Origin: Botryllus schlosseri
Lineage: Eukaryota
DNA: 64,000 bases
Direction: 5' to 3'
Assembly (NCBI GenBank): GCA_051294905.1
Contig: CM119378.1
Location: 19,778,001-19,842,000, forward strand
The translations under genes and the position numbers were made by a program. This document shows, piece after piece, positions 1 through 12,553 of this stretch (the first letter of the stretch is position 1; every line of letters starts with the position of its first letter). The notes beneath the pieces were generated by a model that did not search any database, was not told where the DNA came from, and saw only the letters and a list, made by a program, of their open reading frames with translations.

Positions 1-863
1 TTGAACGAAAACTTGAGGGGATGCGCGGAGGTGCATGGCGGTCCAAAACGGGTCTGCGAAGACAAAAAGTTTAAGAACCATTGCACTGCTACACGAATGA
101 TCATGCTGGAACTTGTCGTCGTTTTTCAGCCACAACCGTAGCGTAAGCGAATACGAACCCACCAAAGTATTAGGTCTTGAGGATTTTTCAGTTACTTATT
201 ATTTGTGGTGCATTTTTATCAAGTGGAACACCATTTCATCCCCAGCTGCATGGCATGCAATATTAGTGTACCATATTTTGGAATCGGGGAGACTGAAAGT
301 TGAAGTCGCAAGTTGAGCAAGACTGAAAACAGCCGATTTTGCTATTTGCTGGAAAATTTGTGGCGTTGACTAAAAGAAAAGATCGTCACTTCTAATCGAC
401 TACCGAATGACCCGTTCGAACGTTCGTATCTGATATTTAGCGTCATATGTGCCGATTTTCAGTCGAACCTGCCCACTATCCTAGCTGTAAATGCTGTAAA
501 GGAGAATATTTCCAAAAAGGAGGACATTTAGGGACGTATGGTAGCCTTATGCTATGTGTTAGGCAGTAACACTTGTCGAGTCGTCTGGTGTCAAATACTG
601 TATAATACGACTACCTTAAACGTATAACTTTTGTTTTACGCGCTCAGTGTCAATTACTGCAGTATAGCGTAGCGGCAATTATTTCATTTTTACGCAACAG
701 TATAGTATTTTTAATGTGTTGTCTGCCTTTGCGCCTGACCATGAAACGATCAAATGATGTGCGCTTGATCCGGGCAACGACTTTTGTCCAGCCAAAGGTT
801 AGCGGAAGCAGTCTTCGAATTAAGCGGCGAAGACGTTACGTATCACAGACGCCGGCAATACGC

Positions 864-943
864 ATGTACCTGATTTCGGCCATTATCGCTATACTCGGAA
901 CTCAGAACTCAGTTTTGGCGAATTATTTTGTTACAATCGATAC
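864..943 (+). CDS. Exon 1: signal-peptide-like MYLISAIIAILGTQNSVLANYFVTID
   Basis: Hydrophobic N-terminus; donor AC|GTACC at 944 (phase 2) matches acceptor TTCCAG|G at 1163. Confidence 0.7.
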
Positions 944-3811
944 GTACCTTTTATTCCTACTTCCCATCATACATAATACTCTAAAGTCGGTTCAAACTCG
1001 AGGACGCCTTTGTTCTGTCCAATTTGGATCCATGTTGATGACAAACCGTGGGACGATTGCTATTAGTCTCACTATTAGTAAAAAGTAAGGCAGAATTAAT
1101 TCTGCATTAGAAGTATTTACCCACCTGCAGTGTATCGTAATCATCATTCATCCTGTGTTCCAGGGCAACAGTGATAAGAGACGAGAATGAATTCCAACCA
1201 AATATCAAAATCCCGCTAAGGTGTCAGATGGACGTTGGGGTGGCAGATATGTCCGATACAAACATTGCGACTTATCCAGAAGGCGAACCTGTACCCGAAG
1301 GCAGTGATATGACCGATGATCACGATTCTTCGGATAAGGGCGCATCCTCTTCTACGAGCAGCGAACATGAATATTATTACGATGCTATGTATTACAATCA
1401 GGAGACAGATCAAGTATCCCTACCCGGTTCTAGCAATACAGAACCTATCATAAAGACGAAAGAGGATGCTCCCATATCCACTAGAAAAGCTGAACCGGAT
1501 CAGAGATCAGACACGCAAGAAGGAACAGTTGACTATTATTATGATATGTATTCATATGGCGACACAACGATGTCCTCAAATCCTGAACCAGAATCCAGCA
1601 ACCCAGAACCAGAGAGTACCGATTTCGGAGAACACGGAATTGCCGATGATGACAAGGCGTCCTATCCGGAAAATAACCCAACCCCCGAAAATACGCGTCA
1701 GCCGTCAGGACAACCTGAACCACCGGCTGGAGCCGGGGCTGAACCAGAGAGCACCCCGTGGGAAGAAGACGGTTATGACGAAGCGGGGAAAGAGCCAAGT
1801 GACCCAGAAGGAGAACCAGCGGCTGAGCCAGAAAGCAATCCGGAACCTGAATCTCAGCCGCAGGCCAACATGCCCCCGATGTATGTTCTTTTCAGGAATA
1901 TCGGAGCGCCAGTAGTTGACAGAAGCATGCCGGAAACTCCGCCTCCCTCAGCGGAACCTGAAAATGTGCCAGAAACGCCCCCTATGTATGTGCTATTCAG
2001 AAACGTACCAGAACCACCGGCGTCAGATTCCGAAGATTCACCTGAACCGGAAGATGTAGGTTGGCAAAGTCATGATGACAAGGAATATAAAACGGATTCG
2101 GAGAAGAGTTTGAACTTGCCATCGATGAATCCTGAGCCTACTTCAGAACCTGAAAGCGAACCAGAGCCTGAAGGTTGGAAAGACGACGAAGATAAAGAAC
2201 ACCCATCGCAGGCAGAACCAGAAAAGAAACCATCTACCCCACCAATGTTTGTTCTATTCAGAGGTGCGCCCGAACCGACGCCTTCAACAGAGCCTGAAAA
2301 TTCAGCTGAACCGGAGAACAACTCTGACATGCCACCAATTAATCCTGAGCCTACCTCAGAACCTGAAAGCGAACCACTACCAGAAGGTGAAGGATGGCGG
2401 GATGATGAAGACAAAGAATACAAATCACAGCCTGATCCAGAAAAAAAACCATCTACCCCACAAATGAATGTTTTATTTAGAGGTGGGCCAGAACCAGCAC
2501 CTTCGACAGAGCCTGAAAATACAGCAGAACCGGAGAACAACTCTGGTATGCCACTGATTATTCCTGAGCCCACCTCAGAACCTGAAAGCGAACCAGAACC
2601 TGAAGGCGAAGGGTGGCAGGACGATGAAGATAAAGAATACAAATCACAGTCTGATCCAGAAAAGAAACCGGCAGCCCCACCTTTGAATGTTCTATTTGGA
2701 GGTGCGCCAGAACCAACGCCCTCAACAGAACCTGAAAATACACCAGAACCGGAGAATAACTCTGGCATGCCCCATATGAATCCTGAGCCAACCTCAGGAC
2801 CTGAAGGTGAACCAGTACCAGAAGGTGAAGGATGGCAGGACGACAAAGATAAGGAATATCAATCACGGGCCGAACCAGAAAAGAAACCATCAACTCCACC
2901 AATGTTTGTTCTATTCAAAGGCGAGCCAGAGCCAACGCCCTCAACAGAGCCTGAAAATACACCAGAACCGGATACCAACTCTGACATGTCACATATAAAC
3001 CCTGAGCCAACCTCTGAACCTGAAAGTGAGCCACGACCTGAAGGCGAAGGAGGGCAAGACGGCAAAGATGAGGAATACAAGTCGCAGTCATATTCCAGTA
3101 AAAATGTTGCCATGCCGTTTAATAATACGGAGCCAATCGCTAATCCTGAAAGCGAGCCACAACCGGAACCAGAGTCAGGCGGTACAGGCATTGAGCGAGA
3201 ACATGACGATTCAGAAGATGGCGAAGGTTATGCAAAATCTAACACGATGCCGAGCCCAGAAAATGGTAGCACCGTGATGGAATATCAAGATACATCTAGT
3301 GAACCATCGCCAGAGATGAGGCCGAAGCCTGTTGGGATATCTTCCACCGGTTGTGATAATTCAATCTATCCCCTACCTGAAGGTAAGTACAAAGTCAAAA
3401 CATGGGCTTTCATAGTGGTATTAATTCGTGGATTACATCTTCAAATCCTGACCTCAAGTAAGCATCAAATCATGAATTCACAAGGTCGCGTTGTCTTAAC
3501 TTCATGTCCGAAAATTATTCGAATTTGCTTAGTTTACAAGACGATTTACGGTAGTTAAAACTTTACCGCCGTGGTCCCGACTAGTTTAACGAGTTATATC
3601 ATTACAGGCGCATCAACGTCTTTTGAGAATGGCGATTTTGGTGGTTGGAGTAACGACACGGATGCTAAACGACCGTGGATATTAAGGAAAGGGCCAACAA
3701 GCTCGCCCGCGACTGGACCATCAAGTGCCTTCGACGGAAGTAAGAAACTCCACCTCTCAACTGGTTATTAAGTGCGGAATTGAAGTCGTTACGTTTCTCT
3801 CATCCTCTCTC

Positions 3812-3848
<37 letters not shown>

Positions 3849-6800
3849 ATCCCTCTCTCCCATTTCTCTAAAGATTTCAATTGACCAGGTGAGATTTCAA
3901 ATCACGCCCAGGTAACAGAACTATATATATAGTATATAATCATAGACTAGCTATAAGAGACTCGCAATAAGTGAGGAGTTGATTTGGCAGGTATCAAGTT
4001 TTTGATGGATATATAATACAAGATTATCGAAGTCATCTCGTCGCTTTCCAGCCGTTGTATTAGTAATAGAAATACATATAATACCAACTACATCTTAAGG
4101 AAATAATAAATATACTATACACATTACACAGCTTTAGGCCTATATCGTTATTCAAATGTATTTTATCATGTTTTTATATACAAATGGACAGGATAGACTC
4201 TTGGAGGTATTGCACTCTAATATGCGATAGAATTATATATTCATATTGATATAAACCCGAATATTTTCGGTTGGCACTCGTCGGCAGAAGAGAATTGAAA
4301 ATAATTTAATATATACACAATCATATCACCAATTATGACCTTACCGGCAAGAAAATTCGGAAAATAATCGAGGCGAACAGATTTGAGTTGCTGACTATTA
4401 CCCCTGACGCGGTAAATACGGAGACAAAAGTACGGAAACAAAAATAGAAAATATCGGCCTGGCGTAAAATGAACATTGAGTAACGTAGTCGAGAAACACC
4501 ATGGATATCAAACAAATAAAAAAACACTGACGCCTGTCAGTGGAAAAGAGTTGGGTTTGTATCAATATGAATGGTCAGACGCAGCGCTACGCAAACATTC
4601 ACAATTTCAATCATATATTCAATCGCTGCTTATCTCGTGGCCAGCTTCCACGGAATGCAGAAGGGTAGATATTGCCGATATGTAGATTTTACTCGGCCAA
4701 CAATCATTAGATTATTTCATCATTCTAGATAGCATATGATTTTCACGTGTCTTCGATATCAAACTATATGTGTCGTTAACATCGTGATCCGGTAAGGGAG
4801 TCAATTCTTCAAGCCTCCTCTCCCCGCGTCGCACCAAACAATGGGCGCATTTCGCTCTTTAACACGTTCTTCCATGTGGTTCTGAAGAAATACCCCGTTC
4901 TCTAACATAATCGTTCTATTGTTTTAATGTGCGTGGAATTGGATGATGCGAACAGCTGTTCTCACAATTAAATTAACTTTCGCTACGTAAGGCGTTCATG
5001 ACAGTGACTTTCTCTTTGGGGGTGTAAAATTAATTCGGAGTGACGTAAAAATTTGTTTGCAGCGTTAGACTGGAGTAAACCGGATATCATTTGTAATATG
5101 AAGCATAGGGTCTGCGTCATGCTATCTACTTTTTTGTCTAATACTACCCGTGACTTGACAAAACAAGTCCAGCAATGTATTTAACCATCTTATTTAGCAA
5201 TCACAAAATGACCAACGTGATCGTCATTTGTTCTTAAATATGTAAGTTTTGTTCATTACAATGCCACTGTACATTTCTGATGTGAGAACGAGAAGGCCAT
5301 TACTGGAATTTTATGTATTGAATTGGCAAACGAATGACGACTTCTTTGAGTCTATCAGCAATATATATGAGTCCTCAAATATTGTAACTTTGTGCTTCAA
5401 AATCTCATTTTACGCCAAAGTGTGAGTTATTATTCATTTCGTTTCTGGATTGAAACTATATAAAACAATGTTCTTTTTGGTTTACGGTAGGTTAGATCAT
5501 AACATAAAACATGGAATTGAGGAACATTTGAATATAGGAGTAAAGGAGTGTATGTTTTATCAGCCTCTTTCTTTCCCTACTCAAGGCTAAGATATGGGAG
5601 GTTGATAAACTTTACATAGTCGTTGCGATTTCGACCTTTATCTTCATTGTATTGCAATCATTGCAGTATCTCGAATCGGAAAATAATGATAATAATAAAA
5701 TGATACTAATACTGAAACTCCACCTTAAATACAGAATAGTAAACCTTTATATGGGCAAGGTTTCGTCGCACAAAGAGAATAGGAGGCCGTTGAACGTGAC
5801 TCGTTTCAAAAATGTATTGCTTATATTGCTTATATTTCAGAATACTACGTATATATGGAAGGCAGCAGACCGGCGAAGCAAGGCGATCAGGCCATTCTAA
5901 AGGGGCCCGGCGGCATTCGCGGGTGTTTCTGCATCAAGTTTGCCTGTCATATGTACGTGGACGAAATGGCTCACCTTGAATTGAAGGTTAATGGAAAGTC
6001 AGTGAACGAGAATCGATTCGCGCACATGGGGTGGCAGAAGATGACCACTAGCATTGTCGGCGACGGGGTATCTGTGGTGAGTATATATCTACTTGAGCGC
6101 ACGCAACAAATATAGTGCAGAGTTCATCTGTATTAAAACTACATATTGGTTACGATGGGAGGTAGAAATATCTTTCGAAATGGTGCGATGTCGTTACTTA
6201 TTGTAACACAACGATTATGATGGTGGTGGTGGCAGATGGAAACTTAACGAATCAATTCAGCTACCACTGTCGATCGAGAACTGCTGGACTCTGAGGTTGG
6301 ATCAGGATTCATATGTGGTATGCCAGAGTTATTCTCCGGTTCTAGTGTATTTTCAGGCTCTGTTGAGGACGTTGGTTCTGGCTCACCTCTAAATAGAACA
6401 TGGATAGGTGGGGTAGAAGGTTTCTTCTCTTGATCAGGTTGCGATTTGTATTCTTTATCCTCATCGTCCTGCCACCCTTCACCTTCAGATTCTGGTTCGC
6501 TTTCCGGTTATGAGGTAGGCTCGGGATTAATTGATATGGTATACCAGAGTTGTTATCTGGTTCTGGTGAATTTTAGCGAAAAAATTAAGCTACAACTGCC
6601 GAGAACTGCTGGAACCTTGGGTTTCAGTGATCCTGACTTTGTCATATATTGGCTTGGATTTGAATTTGAAAAGTGTAGGCTTTATTGTATTGGATTTATC
6701 CATATACTTTCGTTCTTTGCTGTTCAGGGAGTCGTTTTATTTGTAAAAAAAATCAATGATTTTGAATTTTCGTTGGACTTTTAAATGTATTTCGGTCATT

Positions 6801-8305
6801 TCAGCCATACAAGATTTGGAATGGAAAATTATGAACAAATCTATAAACTAATTTCGATGTATTGACTGGACTTGTTCTCGAGTCATTAAAGAGAGAGAGA
6901 GAGAGAGAATTTTTTATTCATCATCGCAAAAGAACAAAACAGGCATCAAAATAGCATAAACTTCAGAATCACGGACACATACAAAAAAAATGGTTACAGT
7001 GTCAATTTCAAAGCAAATGAGATGTGTACGAATACGATTTACAGTTCATAGGATTGGCCAATATGTTTTACGATTGCAAGATGAAGCTGCAGCGAAGTGA
7101 TCTGTTGATCATCGAGTCTACTGCAGCTGATCGAAGTAGATTGGCTATAAATGGCATACATCGTACTGCAATAGTGAACTGTAAGATTGACAGGATAAAT
7201 GTAAGAGCACATGTTAGGAAAAACGGAGGAAAAGAATATAAAGTGTACTGGTCTGAAGCAAACAAGATATGTTGACCGGTACTAGTTCACACTAAAAATA
7301 CATTTTAGCTTTTGTATGATTCAATAAGGAAGGCACGATACATGGTTTTAAATGCATATAAAGTATTGCTCCTAATATGCGAAGGAATGGAGTTCCATAT
7401 TAGAGGACCTTGATAGGCAATGGTTTTGTGATGGGCCTTAGGTAAATACAGATTCATAACAGAACCTCTTGTAACATGAGAATGATGTTCGCTGATAGGT
7501 GTAAAGTAGTTCGAGAAAATGTCAGGTAGGTTGTTATTGTAGAACTTATGCATCAGAATGCCGATTCCAAATCTGTAAATATCATCAATTTTCAGGATTT
7601 TTAAATTATAATATAAAGGGTTAACGTGATCTCTACGATTGGCAAGGCATATTAGTTTGATGGCTTTATTTTGCAGGCTCCTAACTCGATCCAAATGTTT
7701 CTCCCATGTGGATCCCCAGGGAATGATACCATAAGTTAGATGAGAGTGAAATAGGGTATGATAAATCATTATTCGTGTGGATTGTGGTAAAATAAAACGT
7801 GACGTTCGAATTACGCATGTTTCGACCAAGTCATACGACTTAAGACAAGACATATATTTTGATAGCCTGTCTCGGATGTGTCATATTTTCTCAGTTTGAT
7901 TTCGAGATACGATAACCCCACTATGCGTGACAATTCAAGTTCCTGGGAGGTTTACAGAATGTGCATTTCAGTATGAGTTCACGAACTCATGGGGATTGTG
8001 CGCTGTGCAACTGCGCAGTCATCATTAGTTATGTAGGCATACCCTTTATTTCCGCTAGAGCCCGTTTGAGCAAAGATTTCCATGCCCTTGTGCCCGCATA
8101 TTAAAGGTAGTGGTCGAAGTCGGGTCGAGTTTTATAGATTTTTTTTGTTATGAGACCATCCCATTTGCGTTAATCAGCTGGATTTATCGACGGGTGTTAT
8201 TGAATTCAGATTGAGATTGTTGCAACAAGAGGCATGACCTTCCGGTCGGACATCGCTATTGATGACATCAAAGTCACGTCTGGAATATGCCCGGAGGATA
8301 TGTGA
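864..8305 (+). CDS. 5-exon gene, join(864..943,1164..3382,3608..3739,5841..6076,8210..8305): secreted acidic Pro/Glu/Ser-rich repeat protein with C-terminal MAM domain (~920 aa)
   Basis: All four introns are GT-AG with matching phases (2,1,1,0). Exon lengths sum to 2763 nt = 921 codons with no internal stop. N-terminus is signal-peptide-like; C-terminal exons carry MAM motifs. Confidence 0.85.
1164..3382 (+). CDS. Exon 2: large acidic low-complexity/repeat exon
   Basis: Lies in the 795-aa ORF 1171..3558; acceptor ccag at 1163; strong donor GAAG|GTAAGT at 3383. Confidence 0.88.
2128..3090 (+). repeat. Coding tandem repeat, ~4.4 units (first 213 nt, then 219 nt = 73 aa)
   Basis: NPEPTS-like anchors at 2128, 2341, 2560, 2779, 2998; unit resembles EPESEPEPEGEGWQDDEDKEYKSQPDPEKKPSTPPMFVLFRGAPEPTPSTEPENTPEPENNSGMPHM. 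Confidence 0.93.
3608..3739 (+). CDS. Exon 3: MAM domain N-terminal part (ASTSFENGDFGGWSND...WILRKGPTSSPATGPSSAFDG)
   Basis: Acceptor TTACAG, donor GTAAGA, phase 1/1; FE..W..W...GPT...TGP pattern typical of MAM domains. Confidence 0.88.
3803..3867. repeat. (CT)n microsatellite
   Basis: Visible interrupted CT run in intron 3. Confidence 0.9.
5841..6076 (+). CDS. Exon 4: MAM domain core (YYVYMEGSRPAKQGDQAILKGP...CIKFACHMY)
   Basis: Acceptor TTTCAG, donor GTGAGT; matches the MAM Y.Y.E.S....GD.A.L..P...C..F.YHMY pattern. Confidence 0.88.
6289..6574 (-). pseudogene. Inverted intronic copy (~1.3 units) of the exon-2 73-aa repeat, with in-frame stop
   Basis: Minus strand reads ...INPEPTS*PESEPESEGEGWQDDEDKEYKSQPDQEKKPSTPPIHVLFRGEPEPTSSTEPENTLEPENNSGIPHMNPDPTSE. 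Confidence 0.85.
6890..7815 (-). mobile_element. 5'-truncated L2/CR1-group LINE: ORF2 C-terminus, 3' UTR, AATAAA and (CT)n tail
   Basis: ORF 7305..7853 reads IYHTLFHSHLTYGIIPWG...LQNKAIKLI...HVNPLY..LKILKIDDIY...GPLIWNSIP, the post-RT region of this LINE group. Minus strand ends AATAAAAAATT(CT)n at 6890-6920. Confidence 0.85.
8210..8305 (+). CDS. Exon 5: MAM domain end and stop (IEIVATRGMTFRSDIAIDDIKVTSGICPEDM*)
   Basis: Acceptor TTCAG, phase 0; canonical MAM DIAIDDI...G.CP ending. Not in the supplied ORF track. Confidence 0.9.
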   Translation: MEIVATRGMTFRSDIAIDDIKVTSGICPEDM

Positions 8306-9746
8306 TGCGTGCAGATGCGGTTGCTGCCTTCGTGTGACTAATATTTTCATGACGTCGATATTATGAACAGTGAACATCAATATCCGAATAACTTTATATA
8401 GGGTTGCATTCAAAACAAATGATTGTTTAAAACACTTTGTTTAAAACATGTTTTAAGCAGTGATTTTAACAAAGGCCTTTTTGAAAGAACAAAATTATGT
8501 TTTTATATTGTATAATTATGCCGTAATTCTGTAAATACTTTTCAAAAACATGTTTTGAGCTTACGGACGAAGATAACCACCCGATATAGCCGACGTAGGC
8601 CTATACGATATCGGATGGTTGGAACCCTCGATATAGTCTGTTCAACAGCTTTAGTACGTAGATATAGATCATTAGAACAGAATGAATGTTCTGAATATGA
8701 TGACCGCCGACCATACAAAGACGATGTAGTCCTGCATGGTTAAATATATTTTTGGTCCGTATACGACAGTGGTTGGAAGCCTATTTCGTCTAAGGAGCTA
8801 TATTTACCCTATATTTTCAATTTTGAATAACAGTCCACTACGACGTCACAATTGAATATGCGTGACGTCATGGCTTAGAAAAAAAGCAATAAAATACGTT
8901 TTAAACAGGGGCCTTTAAATTGATTTTTGTTTTGAACACAACCCTAACTTTATACCTTTTGCCAAGATATCACAATATCATCTGTATACATTTCTGTAAA
9001 TAGTACGATCGCCTTGGGAAATGATCTTGCTAATTTACTTGAATATTATGCTGGATATTCTGTATGTAAGGAGTGTTCACAACCGTTGCGATTTTTTCGC
9101 TTTCGTATCTCCCATATTTGTTCAACTCGGGTCCTGGCAATATCTGTAAATTAAAGTTCTTTTTTCAAGATCTACTAACTGATGTCGAACGTATTTCATA
9201 AACATATGTTGCCGAATAAGTCATCTGGAGAAGGACGCGCGTTTAGATAACCACCTCACACGAGAAAAGTACAATCGAGTGGCAGATTATGAAGTAATAA
9301 ATACTCTAATAAAAGTTGAAATTGCAGCACACCATGTGATCGAAATATTACGACTAATTGTAAAACGCATGGATTGGTGGCGGTCCACGAGCCGTATCGT
9401 GGAGACTGGTGTGGTCTGTGGTGAACATGAACATTCGAAAAGGACAGGACACGCTGCGATTGAAAAGAATCAGTAGAAAGATGCGATATTTTTCTTTCTG
9501 TAGATTTTAAGTGCGAACCAATGTTTTATTATACATATTCACCGCTGTTAGAACAAAACAAAACTCATAAAGGAGAATGTCAGGATAAGTAAGCAATAAT
9601 GGAACGTTTGGTCGAACAGACTACGCTAACATTTATCACTTCCCACTCTTTCTCCATGGTGTCGTACACTCGTGAAGACCAGTGGTTCGTAGCCGCCGAC
9701 CCGTCTGTTTTCGTCACGAGAGTCATATTGGCCTGGTCCTGTATTG

Positions 9747-10086
9747 TAGGGTTACCATAGATCCGAAAAAGAGGTCAAAAATTTTGACAGCGATAAGAAA
9801 AATGGTGAATTTGAAATTTTTCCTACCAAAACTTCTGAGTTGACTTAAAAAAAAGCTCATCACTTTGCCTTGATTCCCGAAAAACACCATTTCTACGATA
9901 CTTTTGTGGTGTTGGCAGAGAAAAGGTCGTGATTTTGTTCGACTCCCGCATTTCTCATGGCATTTTATTACTTTTTCTCAAAAAAGAGGACAAATTCCCA
10001 AAAAAGAGGACATTTAAGCGTCCTCCGAGGACACTTTCAATTTTGTGAAAAAAGAGGACAAATCAAGAGGATGTATGGTAACCCAA
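9747..10086. mobile_element. hAT-like MITE, TAGGGTTACCATA family with GAGGACA subterminal motifs
   Basis: TIRs TAGGGTTACCATA / TATGGTAACCCAA; internal similarity to 14623-15044 and 26651-27103; TSD degenerate. Confidence 0.7.
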
Positions 10087-10557
10087 CTATATTGTCAATT
10101 GCAATTTTCAAAGAGCCATACAGCGATATAAATTGACTGTCGCGTCACCATTGCGATTTGTGGCGTCATGCAACTTCTCACCAGCTACATATTTTCAAAT
10201 GTATTTTCGTGAGGGCCATGTGATGATGGAGAATATCGTTAACCAATATTATTCTGATATTGCTATACTCAATTCTCAAAGTCTTTCGCGGTAACATAAC
10301 ATTGCGTTACAAACCTAAATTTTAACAATACTTCGAGAAAGCTAGGTTATGCTAATCTGGAATGTGGTTGATTATGTTTGTAATTCGAATTTGTAATTGG
10401 GTTGTCACATACACGGGAGCTCGCCGATGATCAGGAAGACAATGTATATCCGAAAACGGGATTGCCTTTGAGGCGTCACAATCCATGATTTCAAGGCGAC
10501 AAAAGGCACAAAATGGATTAGATCACCCGACTTGACCCCTAAATAACTTGAAGTTGT

Positions 10558-10762
10558 GGGCCGTGGCGAGATAGCGTTGTGATATAATCCGCAGCTGCAA
10601 CACAAATGGATTGTGGGTTCGAGTCCGACCGAGGTCGACCACAGAATTCCTACCAAAGTGCTACAAGTCGGCAGTTACGGAATCAAATCTAGAGAATATT
10701 AGGCTGATGTAAATGACCATTGTAATCGACAAACACCATGAATACCGCAAAACAACAACAAC
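10558..10762 (+). mobile_element. tRNA-derived SINE, internally shortened copy
   Basis: A-box-like GTGGCGAGATAG, B-box GGTTCGAGTCC (10616-10626), (CAA)n tail; head and tail match 51148-51420. Confidence 0.65.
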
Positions 10763-12271
10763 TCGAAGTTGTAGTATTTTCTTGTTATAGAATATCAAAC
10801 ATTATTATATTGGACTGATAAATGAGCATTGATCAGATGGAAATATTTGACATAAATTTTTGGATCTTAAAAAGGGTGGCGGGTTCCGAGCTTTAAAAAC
10901 CACGCCACTCTGTTGAAATCATACTTGTATCCTCTACCTACCATATGAATGTTGATTTTGGCTGTTATGGAAATCTATGAAAAAGTTGCAGCAACATAGA
11001 TCAATAAGACTCAAATCCAGTGCAAAATTAAAAATTTATCAGCCAAATCATATCACCAAAAGAGGCATGTATAACTCGGGAGCCATAGGTTCCCGACCCC
11101 TGTTTTATAGCGTGAGCGGTGATCAAGATATGGCAAAATTAACACTTTTCAGCCCTTTCGACGAATTTACATGGCCACTATGGAGGATGCACGAACTCAA
11201 AATTATGGCGGAAGTACTTTATTTGATATTTGGAATCATAGGCCTGTATCAAGATCGCTTTTTGAAATTCATTTTGTTTTTTTGCCACTCCTCCCTAATA
11301 TCCAGAACACACATGGCTCTGGGCGGATGCTTCCTCCATTCCGTATGTCGATCTAGTGAAGAAATCCCCGTCATATTTGTATCGCATGTAATTACTATCA
11401 CGCATCTGTATCAGTATACCCCATTCCACGTTTCTTGAGTTAGCTTGTGTAAATATGAATGAAAGCGTCCTCCACATGCTTCGAGCCTGTAGATCAGACA
11501 TGGGCAAAGTGCGGCTCGCGGGCCAAATGCGGCCAGCCAAGCTATTTTGTTCGGCCCGCGAAAGGTTGCTTGGAATTCAAAACACCAAAATTGCTATTTG
11601 AATGACTAAAACCATAGCCTGTATAAACTGAACATAAAATTCGTTCACTTTGAAGCATGTTCATTAATATGCCACAATTACGCTGCCTACGTTCCTCGCA
11701 TGCGTAATCCAGATTCAAAATAAAGGCAATATGGCAAAGTATGAGCAGCAATTAAAGTCACAAGAAATCACTCCTTCCATATAGTCAAGTTCAAACTTTT
11801 TGTAGCAATTGTCACATTACCGCATTATACGGCATGTGTTTCAAATTGTTACGTGATATGTTTCCAAGTCCCTAATTCGTAAGACAAGTCAATCAGTGCT
11901 CGCGATTACTGTATGACTCACCATCACCATATGTATCAGACATAAAGGAATAACGGGCATGCCAAAAAAGAAAGCAAAAAACTCAATTCAAAGAAGGTTT
12001 AAACCTTGGAGCACTAAATATTTGCATACTGGGGTCAGGGGTACACCCGTCCTTTTAGTTTTTGCTCAGCATGTCGCCGAGATTAAGGACTCTGATTAAA
12101 GTCGTTCTTATGACAAAAAACACGAAACACTCGGTCAAGGGTAGGCGAGGTTCACCACCGCAAGACTCGCTCAATATCAAGGCTACTTAAGCTACACACT
12201 GCTCGGAAGGAAGCAACCAAGAAAATATGCCTTGCAATTGTACCATTGCATATACAATATACATTTCTGTG

Positions 12272-12553
12272 CAGTGGTTCTCGAATTGGGGGCGTGAAAG
12301 CATCATTAGAGGCGCGAAGCCGAAGTTTATTGAAAAAATTTTTCGCGATCCGCGCAATTTACCGCCAGCTTATAGTTATTGCTCTGTGTATTTTCAGACT
12401 TTGATATTTCAGAATTTACTCTTCAACAGCCTACCTTCATGCAATTGAACTATATTTCGGGATTGCTAGCATTCTGGTTGCACTTTTTAATATTTTGTGA
12501 TATCATGATAAGGGAGGGGCGCGAAATTTTTCACGATCGTTTGAGAACCACTG
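12272..12553. mobile_element. hAT (Charlie-like) MITE
   Basis: TIRs CAGTGGTTCTC / GAGAACCACTG; related to 26315-26625; TSD only 5/8. Confidence 0.7.

Noticed and set aside
2070-3191. Long antisense ORFs (258, 114, 110 aa) and ORF 6446..6784
   Set aside because: Shadow frames of the Pro/Glu repeat codons or of their inverted copy.
1171-3558. 795-aa ORF as a standalone intronless gene
   Set aside because: A strong donor at 3383 splices in phase to the MAM exons; the last ~58 aa are intron read-through and the GTG start is not needed.
10558-10640. Functional tRNA gene
   Set aside because: It has A and B boxes, but I could not fold a cloverleaf, and it continues into a tail shared with 51148-51420, which fits a SINE.
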